From: Macrostomum lignano
Taxonomy: Eukaryota
Length of the DNA stretch: 64,000 bases
Reading direction: 5' to 3'
Assembly (NCBI GenBank): GCA_002269645.1
Contig: NIVC01002249.1
Coordinates: 1 to 64,000, forward strand
Under the pieces are notes generated by a model. It did not search any database. It had not been told where the DNA came from and saw only the letters and a program-made list of their open reading frames with translations. This document shows, piece by piece, positions 10,528 through 22,537 of this stretch (position 1 is the first letter of the stretch; each line of letters begins with the position of its first letter). The position numbers and the translations under genes were made by a program.

Positions 10528-12749
10528 ATGGTTGCCGACCAGTTTATCAGCTACGCCCAGAAATGGGGCCTCGGTCGAACCGCCAATCTAAATGACTATG
10601 CCGACAAGTTCAATTACCTACTAATGCCAATTGTGCTCATTCTGTTCGTGTCTCTCACCACCCTGCGGCAGTACGTGTTTCAGCCGATTGTCTGTGAGGC
10701 GGCCACCACACCATCCAGTACTAACTTTGCCGACTACATCAACAACCTGTGCTGGGTGGAAGGCACTTACACCGAGATCGACTTCGAATCTGCCAAACTC
10801 CGTATTGACGAAGAGTTTTGGGCAAAACAGAGGAAGTCGCTCTACTATCAGTGGGTGAGCTCTGGGGGCCGAGCGTAACACTGTTCAATTAGGTACTGAC
10901 AGTCCTGTTTAATTAGGTACTGACAGTCCTGTTTAATTAGGTACTGACAGTCCTGTTTAATTAGGTACTGACAGTCCTGTTTAATTAGGTACTGACAGTC
11001 CTGTTTAATTAGGTACTGACAGTCCTGTTTAATTAGGTACTGACAGTCCTGTTTAATTAGGTACTGACAGTCCTGTTTGATTAGGTACTGACAGTCCTGT
11101 TTAATTAGGTACTGACAGTCCTATTCAATTAGGTACTGACAGTCCTGTTTAATTAGGTACTGACAGTCCTGTTTAATTAGGTACTGACAGTCCTGCTTAA
11201 TTAGGTTCTAACAGCCACAACTAATTAGGTAATGACAAGCCCGTCATAAAAGCTACAGACTACCTTGTCTACATGTAATTATAGACGCCGCAATCTTCTT
11301 CCCGCATTATAGTTACCAACGCAACTGGCAAAGTCCCAATCTCCATCCACCCGCCAGGTGCCATTCACCCTGGCCCTGCAGGCCACCATGTTCTTCCTGC
11401 CGCGCCTCATGTGGCTGGCCTACGTGCACAACCGGGCCGGGCCGAACCTCGAGGCCCTGCTGGAGAGCGCCTCGGAGGCCAACAAAGCCGTTGATTGGCA
11501 GCTGCGCCAAAGCCTCATCAGCGGCATCGGCCGGAGTCTGGATTACATGCTGCGCATGCGGCAGAGCCTCCAGCTGGCTCCGCGCCTGCACGACGGCTAC
11601 AAAAGTCGGCGCAATTCCATCAGGCAATGCCTGTCCCGGCGACCTTCCGGCTGCTTGACGATCATCTACGCGCTGATCAAGCTGCTGTTCATGGTGAACG
11701 CGCTCTGCCAGATGTACATCATGGGCCTGATGCTGGACCCGGACTCTCCGGATCCGTTCCTGTTCGGCTTTCGGTTGATTACGGCGCTGAGATCGGGAGC
11801 AGATTGGCGGGCGACCAGGTATTTTCCCAGGTAAGGCCCGGGCTGCTGCATTTCCTACCTGATCTCTCATTGGCTGATACCGGCTCTGCATTCATCTCTA
11901 CATCTCTACCCTAGCTGCTCTCTGATCAAAAGACATCTGCACTCTAGCTCTGCTCTCCTATTGGCCGATTAAAGATATCTCTACCCCGAGGTGCTCGCTG
12001 ATTGGCTGATTAAGTCATCTTTATCCTAGCTGCTCTCAGATTGGCTGATCCAAGACATCTGCACCCTAGCTACTCTGTCATTGGCTGATCACAGACATCT
12101 GCACCTCGGCTGCTCTCTCATTGGCTGATGAAATTCATCATTTCTACCCAGCTGCTCTCTGATTGGCTGACCGGGTCATCTCTATCCTAGCTGCTCTCTG
12201 TTTGGTTGAAGAACTCAATTCCGAATTGCTCTTTCATTAGATAAATCCTTGATGCTTTTCATTCTCAAGCGGCACTACCAAACCCCAACCCGCAGGGTGA
12301 CCCTGTGCCGGGTCCTCATCCGGCAGATTGGCGCCCGGAACATGTACGCCGCACAGTGCATCCTACCGCTGAACATGCTTAGCGAGAAGATCTACTGCTT
12401 CCTGTGGGTGGCCTCGGCCGTGGGCGCCTCCCTCAGCTGCCTGTCGCTGCTCCAGTGGGCGCTGCGACTCACCTGCGGTCACGGCCGCTGGCGCCACCAC
12501 CTGAGGCGCTACCTGCTGATGGGCACGGACCGCTCGCGCCATGCCAACGTCAGCCAGCAGTCGTACGACTTCGCCGACCATCTGGACACTGACGGCCTCT
12601 TCCTGGTGCACATGATCCGGCTCAACGTTGGCGAGCTCATTGCCTGCGATGTCACAAACTCCCTGTACAGCCTCTGGCTGGAGCGAATGTACCCGGACCC
12701 GATGGAGGCTGGGGAGCCGGCGGCAGAGGCTGAGTCCTGCGCCGTGTGA
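10528..12749 (+). CDS. Innexin (gap junction protein), 417 aa. Exons 10528-10854, 11358-11830, 12296-12749
   Basis: Innexin signatures YYQW|VPF, FPR|VTLC and QCILPLNMLSEKIYCFLW, plus conserved extracellular Cys. Exon lengths sum to 1254 nt, in frame. Confidence 0.96.
10882..11205. repeat. 24-bp minisatellite (TCCTGTTTAATTAGGTACTGACAG)n in innexin intron 1
   Basis: About 13 copies. Confidence 0.95.
11855..12210. repeat. Degenerate ~40-45 bp repeat with (CTG)ATTGGCTGA core in innexin intron 2
   Basis: About 7-8 copies of CTAGCTGCTCTCTGATTGGCTGA-like sequence. Confidence 0.8.
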
Positions 12750-13104
12750 TTAATTATCCCATAAATCTAATCCTAATCTAGATTCTTATTTACTGCGTAA
12801 TTTACTGTAGACCAGCATAATAGAGAGCTGAATAATTAAATAAATAAACAAATAGATACGAAAATTGTAAGCAACACGGACCGATTTTTATACTCTACGC
12901 AGGCGAGTATCATTAATAAGTTGTCGCGCAATTTGAATTCGAAGAAATCATTTTTATTAGAATATTGAATGCAAATCAGAATTGTGAATGGAGGAATTGA
13001 AATGAAACTTATTGCAATCCGACGTTAAAGAATTTATAGACGCCACAACCGTGGATTAGAAGTTCTGCTTTCCCAACACGGCACATAAAATCCCACATAG
13101 AACT

Positions 13105-13425
13105 TCCATACATACCATACCCAGAAGTCCCACACATTCCATACCGGAAGTCCCACACATTCCATACCGGAAGTCCCACACATTCCATACCGGAAGTCCC
13201 ACACATCCCATACCGGAAGTTCCACACATCCAATACAGGAAGTCCCGCACATTCCACACCGGAAGTCCCACAATTCCATACTGGAAGTCCCACACATTCC
13301 ATACGGGAAGTCCCACACATCCAATACAGGAAGTCCGCACATTCCACACCGGAAGTCCCACACATTCCATACCGGAAGTCCCACACATACCACAGCGGAA
13401 GTTCTACACATCCCACACCGGAACT
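13105..13425. repeat. 23-bp minisatellite (CCATACCGGAAGTCCCACACATT)n between the convergent innexin and ASPDH 3' ends
   Basis: About 13 copies. Confidence 0.93.
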
Positions 13426-13456
13426 CCGCACAGCCTGTCCCTGCGGCGCCGCCAGC

Positions 13457-14296
13457 TCAGCAGGAGCGCACAGCGGGTCGCCTCCGAGCGCCGGCCGCCC
13501 TGAGCACACTGGCTAGAAAAGATCGAAAAGTGGCGCCACCAGTGACGGCGCCGGGCGCCGCCGGGTTAAACCGGCGCGTACAGACCCGAAACCCGTCGGG
13601 TCCCTCGGCTTCGACTTCGACCAGGTGCGCCTCCGGCATGCCGGGATCGGCACGCAGCCGCCCGACGACGCCGTCGAAGCCCAGGTTGGTGGCGCAGACT
13701 GCGGCGGCGGCCATGGTGTTGACGTTGTTGGGCGCCAGCGGGCAGAGGCCGCGGACCGGGCCCTCGTACAGCACAGTCGGTCCTTCGGTGGCGGCGGCGG
13801 CCTCCTCGTTGCGACGTCGCATTTCCGGATCGGCGAACCGGAAGCTGTCAGGCCGCTTGGTCATTGTGACTTGGAGCGAGCGCAGGCCGCCGGACTCGGC
13901 CAGTCGCTCGATGTCCGGGCCGCCCCAGAGGGCGCCAGCAGGGACAAACAGTGTCCGGCCGGACGTCTCGGCGGCCGAGCGGAGCTTCGCTTCCAGCTGG
14001 GCGTCGGCCAGCGCAGTCGGCGAGCCCATCAGGTAGTCGGCGACGGCCAGGAAGTCGGCGCCGTGCCGCTGGGTGACGCACGGATGGGCGACCTCGACGA
14101 TGAGGTCGGGCGACCGGCTGGCGAAGTCGGCGAGGTCGGCGAGCTCCAGGCCGGCCGGCAGGTCGCGCAAGGCGTTGGTGCGGGTTCGATTCCACACGAA
14201 GGCCAGCTCGATGGCGGGCTGGGCAACAAGCTGCTCGAACAGGTACTGGCCCAGGTGGCCGAAGCCGACAAGGCCCACTCGGCGGGGTCGGTCAGC
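13457..14296 (-). CDS. ASPDH: Aspartate dehydrogenase domain-containing protein; single coding exon lacking an in-frame ATG
   Basis: Rossmann motif VGLVGFGHLG, plus LIVEVAHP, GALWGGPDI, GLCPLAPNNVNTMAAAA and NPAAPGAVTG. The coding sequence begins at an AAG|GCT acceptor (14296). Confidence 0.9.
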   Translation of the reverse strand, partial: ADRPRRVGLVGFGHLGQYLFEQLVAQPAIELAFVWNRTRTNALRDLPAGLELADLADFASRSPDLIVEVAHPCVTQRHGADFLAVADYLMGSPTALADAQLEAKLRSAAETSGRTLFVPAGALWGGPDIERLAESGGLRSLQVTMTKRPDSFRFADPEMRRRNEEAAAATEGPTVLYEGPVRGLCPLAPNNVNTMAAAAVCATNLGFDGVVGRLRADPGMPEAHLVEVEAEGPDGFRVCTRRFNPAAPGAVTGGATFRSFLASVLRAAGARRRPAVRSC

Positions 14297-14644
14297 CTTT
14301 AAGTGTTCATAGCGATCGTTTTTTGAGGGCAACAAGAATCATCAAGACAACTGCAGGCTACTGACTACTTATTTGTAATGTACGCGAGTAGTTATGCTGC
14401 AAATTAGAGCAATTTACTACGTAATAATCGCCACTTAATCTAGATGTACTCGTATATAGCTGCTGCAGCTAAACAATATATATTACTGCAAGTAGTTGTG
14501 CATACTACTGGTACGTATGTGCACTGCGAGACAGAGCAATTTTATTCGCAATATTTAGTTTCATTCTTAATACTCGTAAACTAGGTCTTAGATTCAATAT
14601 TCTCGCTAGAGTAATAAGATTAAAAGTACGAAATTGAATGACGT

Positions 14645-17600
14645 GGAGGGCGATTCTCCAGTGGGTTGGGGGCGATTCTCCAGTTGGTTGGGGGCGATTC
14701 TCCAGTGGGTTGGAGGGCGATTCTCAAGTGGATTGGAGGGCGATTCTCAAGTGGGTTGGAGGGCGATTCTCCAGTGGATTGGAGGGCGATTCTCAAGTGG
14801 GTTGGAGGGCGATTCTCCAGTGGGTTGGAGGGCGATTCTCCAGTGGGTTGGGGGCGATTCTCAAGTGGGTTGGAGGGCGATTCTCCAGTGGATTGGAGGG
14901 CGATTCTCAGTGGATTGGAGGGCGATTCTCCAGTGGATTGGAGGGCGATTCTCCAGTGGGTTGGAGGGCGATTCTCCAGTGGGTTGGGGGCGATTCTCAA
15001 GTGGGTTGGAGGGCGATTCTCCAGTGGATTGGAGGGCGATTCTCAAGTGGATTGGAGGGCGATTCTCCAGTGGGTTGGAGGGCGATTCTCCAGTGGGTTG
15101 GGGGCGATTCTCAAGTGGGTTGGAGGGCGATTCTCCAGTGGGTTGGGGGCGATTCTCAAGTGGGTTGGAGGGCGATTCTCCAGTGGATTGGAGGGCGATT
15201 CTCAAGTGGATTGGAGGGCGATTCTCCAGTGGGTTGGAGGGCGATTCTCAAGTGGATTGGAGGGCGATTCTCAAGTGGATTGGAGGGCGATTCTCCAGTG
15301 GGTTGGAGGGCGTTGGCGATTCTTCAGTGGGTTGGAGGGCGATTCTCCAGTGGATTGGAGGGCGATTCTCAAGTGGATTGGAGGGCGATTCTCCAGTGGG
15401 TTGGAGGGCGATTCTCAAGTGGATTGGAGGGCTATTCTCCAGTGGGTTGGAGGGCGATTCTCAAGTGGATTGGAGGGCGATTCTCAAGTGGATTGGAGGG
15501 CGATTCTCCAGTGGATTGGAGGGCGATTCTCAAGTGGATTGGAGGGCGATTCTCCAGTGGGTTGGAGGGCGATTCTCAAGTGGATTGGAGGGCGATTCTC
15601 AAGTGGATTGGAGGGCGATTCTCCAGTGGGTTGGAGGGCGTGGGCGATTCTTCAGTGGGTTGGAGGGCGATTCTCCAGTGGATTGGAGGGCGATTCTCAA
15701 GTGGATTGGAGGGCGATTCTCCAGTGGGTTGGAGGGCGATTCTCCAGTGGGTTCGGGTGCGATTCTCGTGGGTTGGGGGCGATTCTCCAGTGGGTTGGAG
15801 GGCGATTCTTAAGTGGATTGGAGGGCGATTCTCAAGTGGATTGGAGGGCGTGGGCGATTCTCCAGTTGGTTGGGGGCGATTCTCCAGTGGGGTTGGGGGC
15901 AATTCTCGTGGGTTGGGGGCGGTTCTCCAATGGGTTGGAGGGCGATTCTCCAGTGGATTGGAGGGCGATTCTCCAGTGGGTTGGAGGGCGATTCTCAAGT
16001 GGATTGGAGGGCGATTCTCAAGTGGATTGGAGGGCGATTCTCCAGTGGGCTGGAGGGCGTGGGCGATTCTTCAGTGGGTTGGAGGGCGATTCTCCAGTGG
16101 ATTGGAGGGCGATTCTCAAGTGGATTGGAGGGCGATTCTCCAGTGGGTTGGAGGGCGATTCTCCAGTGGGTTCGGGTGCGATTCTCGTGGGTTGGGGGCG
16201 ATTCTCCAGTGGGTTGGAGGGCGATTCTTAAGTGGATTGGAGGGCGATTCTCAAGTGGATTGGAGGGCGTGGGCGATTCTCCAGTTGGTTGGGGGCGATT
16301 CTCCAGTGGGGTTGGGGGCAATTCTCGTGGGTTGGGGGCGGTTCTCCAATGGGTTGGAGGGCGATTCTCCAGTGGATTGGAGGGCGATTCTCCAGTGGGT
16401 TGGAGGGCGATTCTCAAGTGGATTGAAGGGCGATTCTCAAGTGGATTGGAGGGCGATTCTCAAGTGGATTGGAGGGCGATTCTCCAGTGGGTTGGAGGGC
16501 GTGGGCGATTCTTCAGTGGGTTGGAGGGCGATTCTCCAGTGGATTGGAGGGCGATTCTCCAGTGGATTGGAGGGCGATTCTCCAGTGGGTTGGAGGGCGA
16601 TTCTCCAGTGGGTTCGGGTGCGATTCTCGTGGGTTGGGGGCGATTCTCCAGTGGGTTGGAGGGCGATTCTTAAGTGGATTGGAGGGCGATTCTCAAGTGG
16701 ATTGGAGGGCGTGGGCGATTCTCCAGTTGGTTGGGGGCGATTCTCCAGTGGGGTTGGGGGCAATTCTCGTGGGTTGGGGGCGATTCTCCAATGGGTTGGA
16801 GGGCGATTCTCCAGTGGATTGGAGGGCAATTCTCCAGTGGATTGGAGGGCGATTCTCTAGTGGATTGGAGGGCGATTCTCTAGTAGGTTGGAGGGCGTGG
16901 GCCATTCTCCAGTTGGTTGGAGGGCGATTCTCCAGTGGGTTGGGGGCGATTCTCCAGTTGGTTGGGGGCGATTCTCCAGTGGGTTGGAGGGCGATTCTCA
17001 AGTGGATTGGAGGGCGATTCTCAAGTGGGTTGGAGGGCGATTCTCCAGTGGATTGGAGGGCGATTCTCAAGTGGGTTGGAGGGCGATTCTCCAGTGGGTT
17101 GGAGGGCGATTCTCCAGTGGGTTGGGGGCGATTCTCAAGTGGGTTGGAGGGCGATTCTCCAGTGGATTGGAGGGCGATTCTCAAGTGGATTGGAGGGCGA
17201 TTCTCCAGTGGATTGGAGGGCGATTCTCCAGTGGGTTGGAGGGCGATTCTCCAGTGGGTTGGGGGCGATTCTCAAGTGGGTTGGAGGGCGATTCTCCAGT
17301 GGATTGGAGGGCGATTCTCAAGTGGATTGGAGGGCGATTCTCCAGTGGGTTGGAGGGCGATTCTCCAGTGGGTTGGGGGCGATTCTCAAGTGGGTTGGAG
17401 GGCGATTCTCCAGTGGGTTGGGGGCGATTCTCAAGTGGGTTGGAGGGCGATTCTCCAGTGGATTGGAGGGCGATTCTCAAGTGGATTGGAGGGCGATTCT
17501 CCAGTGGGTTGGAGGGCGATTCTCAAGTGGATTGGAGGGCGATTCTCAAGTGGATTGGAGGGCGATTCTCCAGTGGGTTGGAGGGCGTGGGCGATTCTTC

Positions 17601-20600
17601 AGTGGGTTGGAGGGCGATTCTCCAGTGGATTGGAGGGCGATTCTCAAGTGGATTGGAGGGCGATTCTCCAGTGGGTTGGAGGGCGATTCTCAAGTGGATT
17701 GGAGGGCTATTCTCCAGTGGGTTGGAGGGCGATTCTCAAGTGGATTGGAGGGCGATTCTCAAGTGGATTGGAGGGCGATTCTCCAGTGGATTGGAGGGCG
17801 ATTCTCAAGTGGATTGGAGGGCGATTCTCCAGTGGGTTGGAGGGCGATTCTCAAGTGGATTGGAGGGCGATTCTCAAGTGGATTGGAGGGCGATTCTCCA
17901 GTGGGTTGGAGGGCGTGGGCGATTCTTCAGTGGGTTGGAGGGCGATTCTCCAGTGGATTGGAGGGCGATTCTCAAGTGGATTGGAGGGCGATTCTCCAGT
18001 GGGTTGGAGGGCGATTCTCCAGTGGGTTCGGGTGCGATTCTCGTGGGTTGGGGGCGATTCTCCAGTGGGTTGGAGGGCGATTCTTAAGTGGATTGGAGGG
18101 CGATTCTCAAGTGGATTGGAGGGCGTGGGCGATTCTCCAGTTGGTTGGGGGCGATTCTCCAGTGGGGTTGGGGGCAATTCTCGTGGGTTGGGGGCGGTTC
18201 TCCAATGGGTTGGAGGGCGATTCTCCAGTGGATTGGAGGGCGATTCTCCAGTGGGTTGGAGGGCGAATCTCAAGTGGATTGGAGGGCGATTCTCAAGTGG
18301 ATTGGAGGGCGATTCTCCAGTGGGTTGGAGGGCGTGGGCGATTCTTCAGTGGGTTGGAGGGCGATTCTCCAGTGGATTGGAGGGCGATTCTCAAGTGGAT
18401 TGGAGGGCGATTCTCCAGTGGGTTGGAGGGCGATTCTCCAGTGGGTTCGGGTGCGATTCTCGTGGGTTGGGGGCGATTCTCCAGTGGGTTGGAGGGCGAT
18501 TCTTAAGTGGATTGGAGGGCGATTCTCAAGTGGATTGGAGGGCGTGGGCGATTCTCCAGTTGGTTGGGGGCGATTCTCCAGTGGGGTTGGGGGCAATTCT
18601 CGTGGGTTGGGGGCGGTTCTCCAATGGGTTGGAGGGCGATTCTCCAGTGGATTGGAGGGCGATTCTCCAGTGGGTTGGAGGGCGATTCTCAAGTGGATTG
18701 AAGGGCGATTCTCAAGTGGATTGGAGGGCGATTCTCAAGTGGATTGGAGGGCGATTCTCCAGTGGGTTGGAGGGCGTGGGCGATTCTTCAGTGGGTTGGA
18801 GGGCGATTCTCCAGTGGATTGGAGGGCGATTCTCCAGTGGATTGGAGGGCGATTCTCCAGTGGGTTGGAGGGCGATTCTCCAGTGGGTTCGGGTGCGATT
18901 CTCGTGGGTTGGGGGCGATTCTCCAGTGGGTTGGAGGGCGATTCTTAAGTGGATTGGAGGGCGATTCTCAAGTGGATTGGAGGGCGTGGGCGATTCTCCA
19001 GTTGGTTGGGGGCGATTCTCCAGTGGGGTTGGGGGCAATTCTCGTGGGTTGGGGGCGATTCTCCAATGGGTTGGAGGGCGATTCTCCAGTGGATTGGAGG
19101 GCAATTCTCCAGTGGATTGGAGGGCGATTCTCTAGTGGATTGGAGGGCGATTCTCTAGTAGGTTGGAGGGCGTGGGCCATTCTCCAGTTGGTTGGAGGGC
19201 GATTCTCCAGTGGATTGGAGGGCGATTCTCCAGTTGATTGGAGGGCGATTCTCTAGTGGATTGGAGGGCGATTCTCTAGTAGGTTGGAGGGCGTGGGCCA
19301 TTCTCCAGTGGGCTGGAGGGCGATTCTCCAGTTGGTTGGGGGCGATTCTCCAGTTGGTTGGGGGCGATTCTCCAGTGGGTTGGAGGGCGATTCTCCAGTT
19401 GGTTGGAGGGCGATTCTCCAGTGGGTTGGAGGGCGATTCTCCAGTGGGTTGGAGGGCGTGGGCGATTCTTCAGTGGGTTGGAGGGCGATTCTCCAGTGGA
19501 TTGGAGGGCGATTCTCAAGTGGATTGGAGGGCGATTCTCCAGTGGGTTGGAGGGCGATTCTCCAGTGGGTTCGGGTGCGATTCTCGTGGGTTGGGGGCGA
19601 TTCTCCAGTGGGTTGGAGGGCGATTCTTAAGTGGATTGGAGGGCGATTCTCAAGTGGATTGGAGGGCGTGGGCGATTCTCCAGTTGGTTGGGGGCGATTC
19701 TCCAGTGGGGTTGGGGGCAATTCTCGTGGGTTGGGGGCGATTCTCCAATGGGTTGGAGGGCGATTCTCCAATGGGTTGGAGGGCGATTCTCCAGTGGATT
19801 GGAGGGCGATTCTCCAGTGGATTGGAGGGCGATTCTCCAGTGGGTTGGAGGGCGATTCTCCAGTGGGTTCGGGTGCGATTCTCGTGGGTTGGGGGCGATT
19901 CTCCAGTGGGTTGGAGGGCGATTCTTAAGTGGATTGGAGGGCGATTCTCAAGTGGATTGGAGGGCGTGGGCGATTCTCCAGTTGGTTGGGGGCGATTCTC
20001 CAGTGGGGTTGGGGGCAATTCTCGTGGGTTGGGGGCGATTCTCCAATGGGTTGGAGGGCGATTCTCCAGTGGATTGGAGGGCAATTCTCCAGTGGATTGG
20101 AGGGCGATTCTCTAGTGGATTGGAGGGCGATTCTCTAGTAGGTTGGAGGGCGTGGGCCATTCTCCAGTTGGTTGGAGGGCGATTCTCCAGTGGATTGGAG
20201 GGCGATTCTCCAGTTGATTGGAGGGCGATTCTCTAGTGGATTGGAGGGCGATTCTCTAGTAGGTTGGAGGGCGTGGGCCATTCTCCAGTGGGCTGGAGGG
20301 CGATTCTCCAGTTGGTTGGGGGCGATTCTCCAGTTGGTTGGGGGCGATTCTCCAGTGGGTTGGAGGGCGATTCTCCAGTTGGTTGGAGGGCGATTCTCCA
20401 GTGGGTTGGAGGGCGATTCTCCAGTGGGTTGGAGGGCGTGGGCGATTCTTCAGTGGGTTGGAGGGCGATTCTCCAGTGGATTGGAGGGCGATTCTCAAGT
20501 GGATTGGAGGGCGATTCTCCAGTGGGTTGGAGGGCGATTCTCCAGTGGGTTCGGGTGCGATTCTCGTGGGTTGGGGGCGATTCTCCAGTGGGTTGGAGGG

Positions 20601-21556
20601 CGATTCTTAAGTGGATTGGAGGGCGATTCTCAAGTGGATTGGAGGGCGTGGGCGATTCTCCAGTTGGTTGGGGGCGATTCTCCAGTGGGGTTGGGGGCAA
20701 TTCTCGTGGGTTGGGGGCGGTTCTCCAATGGGTTGGAGGGCGATTCTCCAGTGGATTGGAGGGCGATTCTCCAGTGGGTTGGAGGGCGATTCTCAAGTGG
20801 ATTGGAGGGCGATTCTCAAGTGGATTGGAGGGCGATTCTCCAGTGGGTTGGAAGGCGTGGGCGATTCTTCAGTGGGTTGGAGGGCGATTCTCCAGTGGAT
20901 TGGAGGGCGATTCTCAAGTGGATTGGAGGGCGATTCTCCAGTGGGTTGGAGGGCGATTCTCCAGTGGGTTCGGGTGCGATTCTCGTGGGTTGGGGGCGAT
21001 TCTCCAGTGGGTTGGAGGGCGATTCTTAAGTGGATTGGAGGGCGATTCTCAAGTGGATTGGAGGGCGTGGGCGATTCTCCAGTTGGTTGGGGGCGATTCT
21101 CCAGTGGGGTTGGGGGCAATTCTCGTGGGTTGGGGGCGTTTCTCCAATGGGTTGGAGGGCGATTCTCCAGTGGATTGGAGGGCGATTCTCCAGTGGATTG
21201 GAGGGCGATTCTCTAGTGGATTGGAGGGCGATTCTCCAGTGGATTGGAGGGCGATTCTCTAGTGGATTGGAGGGCGATTCTCTAGTAGGTTGGAGGGCGT
21301 GGGCCATTCTCCAGTTGGTTGGAGGGCGATTCTCCAGTGGATTGGAGGGCGATTCTCCAGTTGATTGGAGGGCGATTCTCTAGTGGATTGGAGGGCGATT
21401 CTCTAGTAGGTTGGAGGGCGTGGGCCATTCTCCAGTGGGCTGGAGGGCGATTCTCCAGTTGGTTGGGGGCGATTCTCCAGTTGGTTGGGGGCGATTCTCC
21501 AGTGGGTTGGAGGGCGATTCTCCAGTTGGTTGGAGGGCGATTCTCCAGTGGGTTGG
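14645..21556. repeat. 6.9-kb satellite, 22-23 bp monomer (GGAGGGCGATTCTCCAGTGGGTT) with higher-order repeats
   Basis: About 300 monomers. Variant positions recur at 419/442, 980 and 2275 bp offsets. Confidence 0.98.
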
Positions 21557-22134
21557 ATGGTGATGAGTTTTTGCATTGATTTGGACTGCAACAAATGCAA
21601 TGACTAAAAGGTAATTTTTAGTGAGTCTACAATGAGCAATGAGCAAGTCTCCAGGCACTCAGTTAGCAGAAGGAAGCGGTTTGCCGATAGTCAAAATCAC
21701 GTGACTAGGACAAGGCGTCCTTTTCATCGCACAGGTAATACGCGCGCACAAAAACAATATATTAGGTCATACATTTTAATAGCAGTATAATTAGTGAATT
21801 TTAACGTCCATGCGTACCTTCAATTTGGTACGAATTGAGACTGAGTCTGTCTATTAACGCGTACGTTACTTAATGCTTGAAGTACATCTATGCGATATAG
21901 CAACATTAAACTTGACGGCAACGCAAAAACATACAAAATTATGAGATTACAATAAAATCTAAGCGGGCAGGAATGAGGTTGGGGCTTTGGAATTTCAGCG
22001 AAATATAACAATGCTGTTATAAACTTTTAGCGTTTTAGAACTTTTAGTACAGCACTACAGTACCCTATGGATGTACCGGTATAAGTAAAATAGCTTTTAT
22101 GTAAAACTACAATAACTTCAAATCAAAACAATCA

Positions 22135-22420
22135 TAGTTTTAATCTAAAAGTACACTAGCTTTAATCTAAAAGTACACTAGCTTCAATATAAAAGTACAC
22201 TAGCTTCAATCTAAAAGTACATAAGTTTTAACTTAAGAGTACACTAGCTTCTAGCAGTAAATTTGTTTCAATTTTAAAGCACATTAATTTCAAAATAAAG
22301 TACGCTATCTTTAATTTAGAAGTACATTAGCTTCAAATTAGAAGTACACTGGGTCCAATCTATAAGTACAATAGGTTAAAGCTAAAAGTACAATAGCTTA
22401 AAGCTAAAAGTACACTGCAT
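22135..22420. repeat. Degenerate ~22-bp repeat (AAAAGTACACTAGCTT core) 3' of BCKDHB
   Basis: About 10 diverged copies. Confidence 0.7.
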
Positions 22421-22537
22421 AAGTACTGTAGTATATTAGGTGGAATAGATGTATAGCTCTTGTCACAACACGCTCGTAGAAGCGGAAAACAGATAAACAA
22501 GTCTCTCACTGCACCAGCCAGTCCAATTGAAGCCAGT

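Noticed and set aside
14645-21556. CRISPR-like appearance of this and other regular arrays
   Set aside because: There are no unique spacers, no cas genes, and the context is eukaryotic with spliced genes.
14634-21600. Dozens of long ORFs (up to 888 aa) across the satellite
   Set aside because: They are by-products of a stop-poor 23-bp repeat, open in all frames. Unit length is not a multiple of 3 and there is no splice or codon evidence.
21560-21610. Acceptor-like TTTGTTGCAG plus ATG leading into the satellite (- strand) as a first exon of ASPDH
   Set aside because: No usable GT donor follows before the frame runs into repeat sequence and stops, so it cannot be joined to ASPDH.
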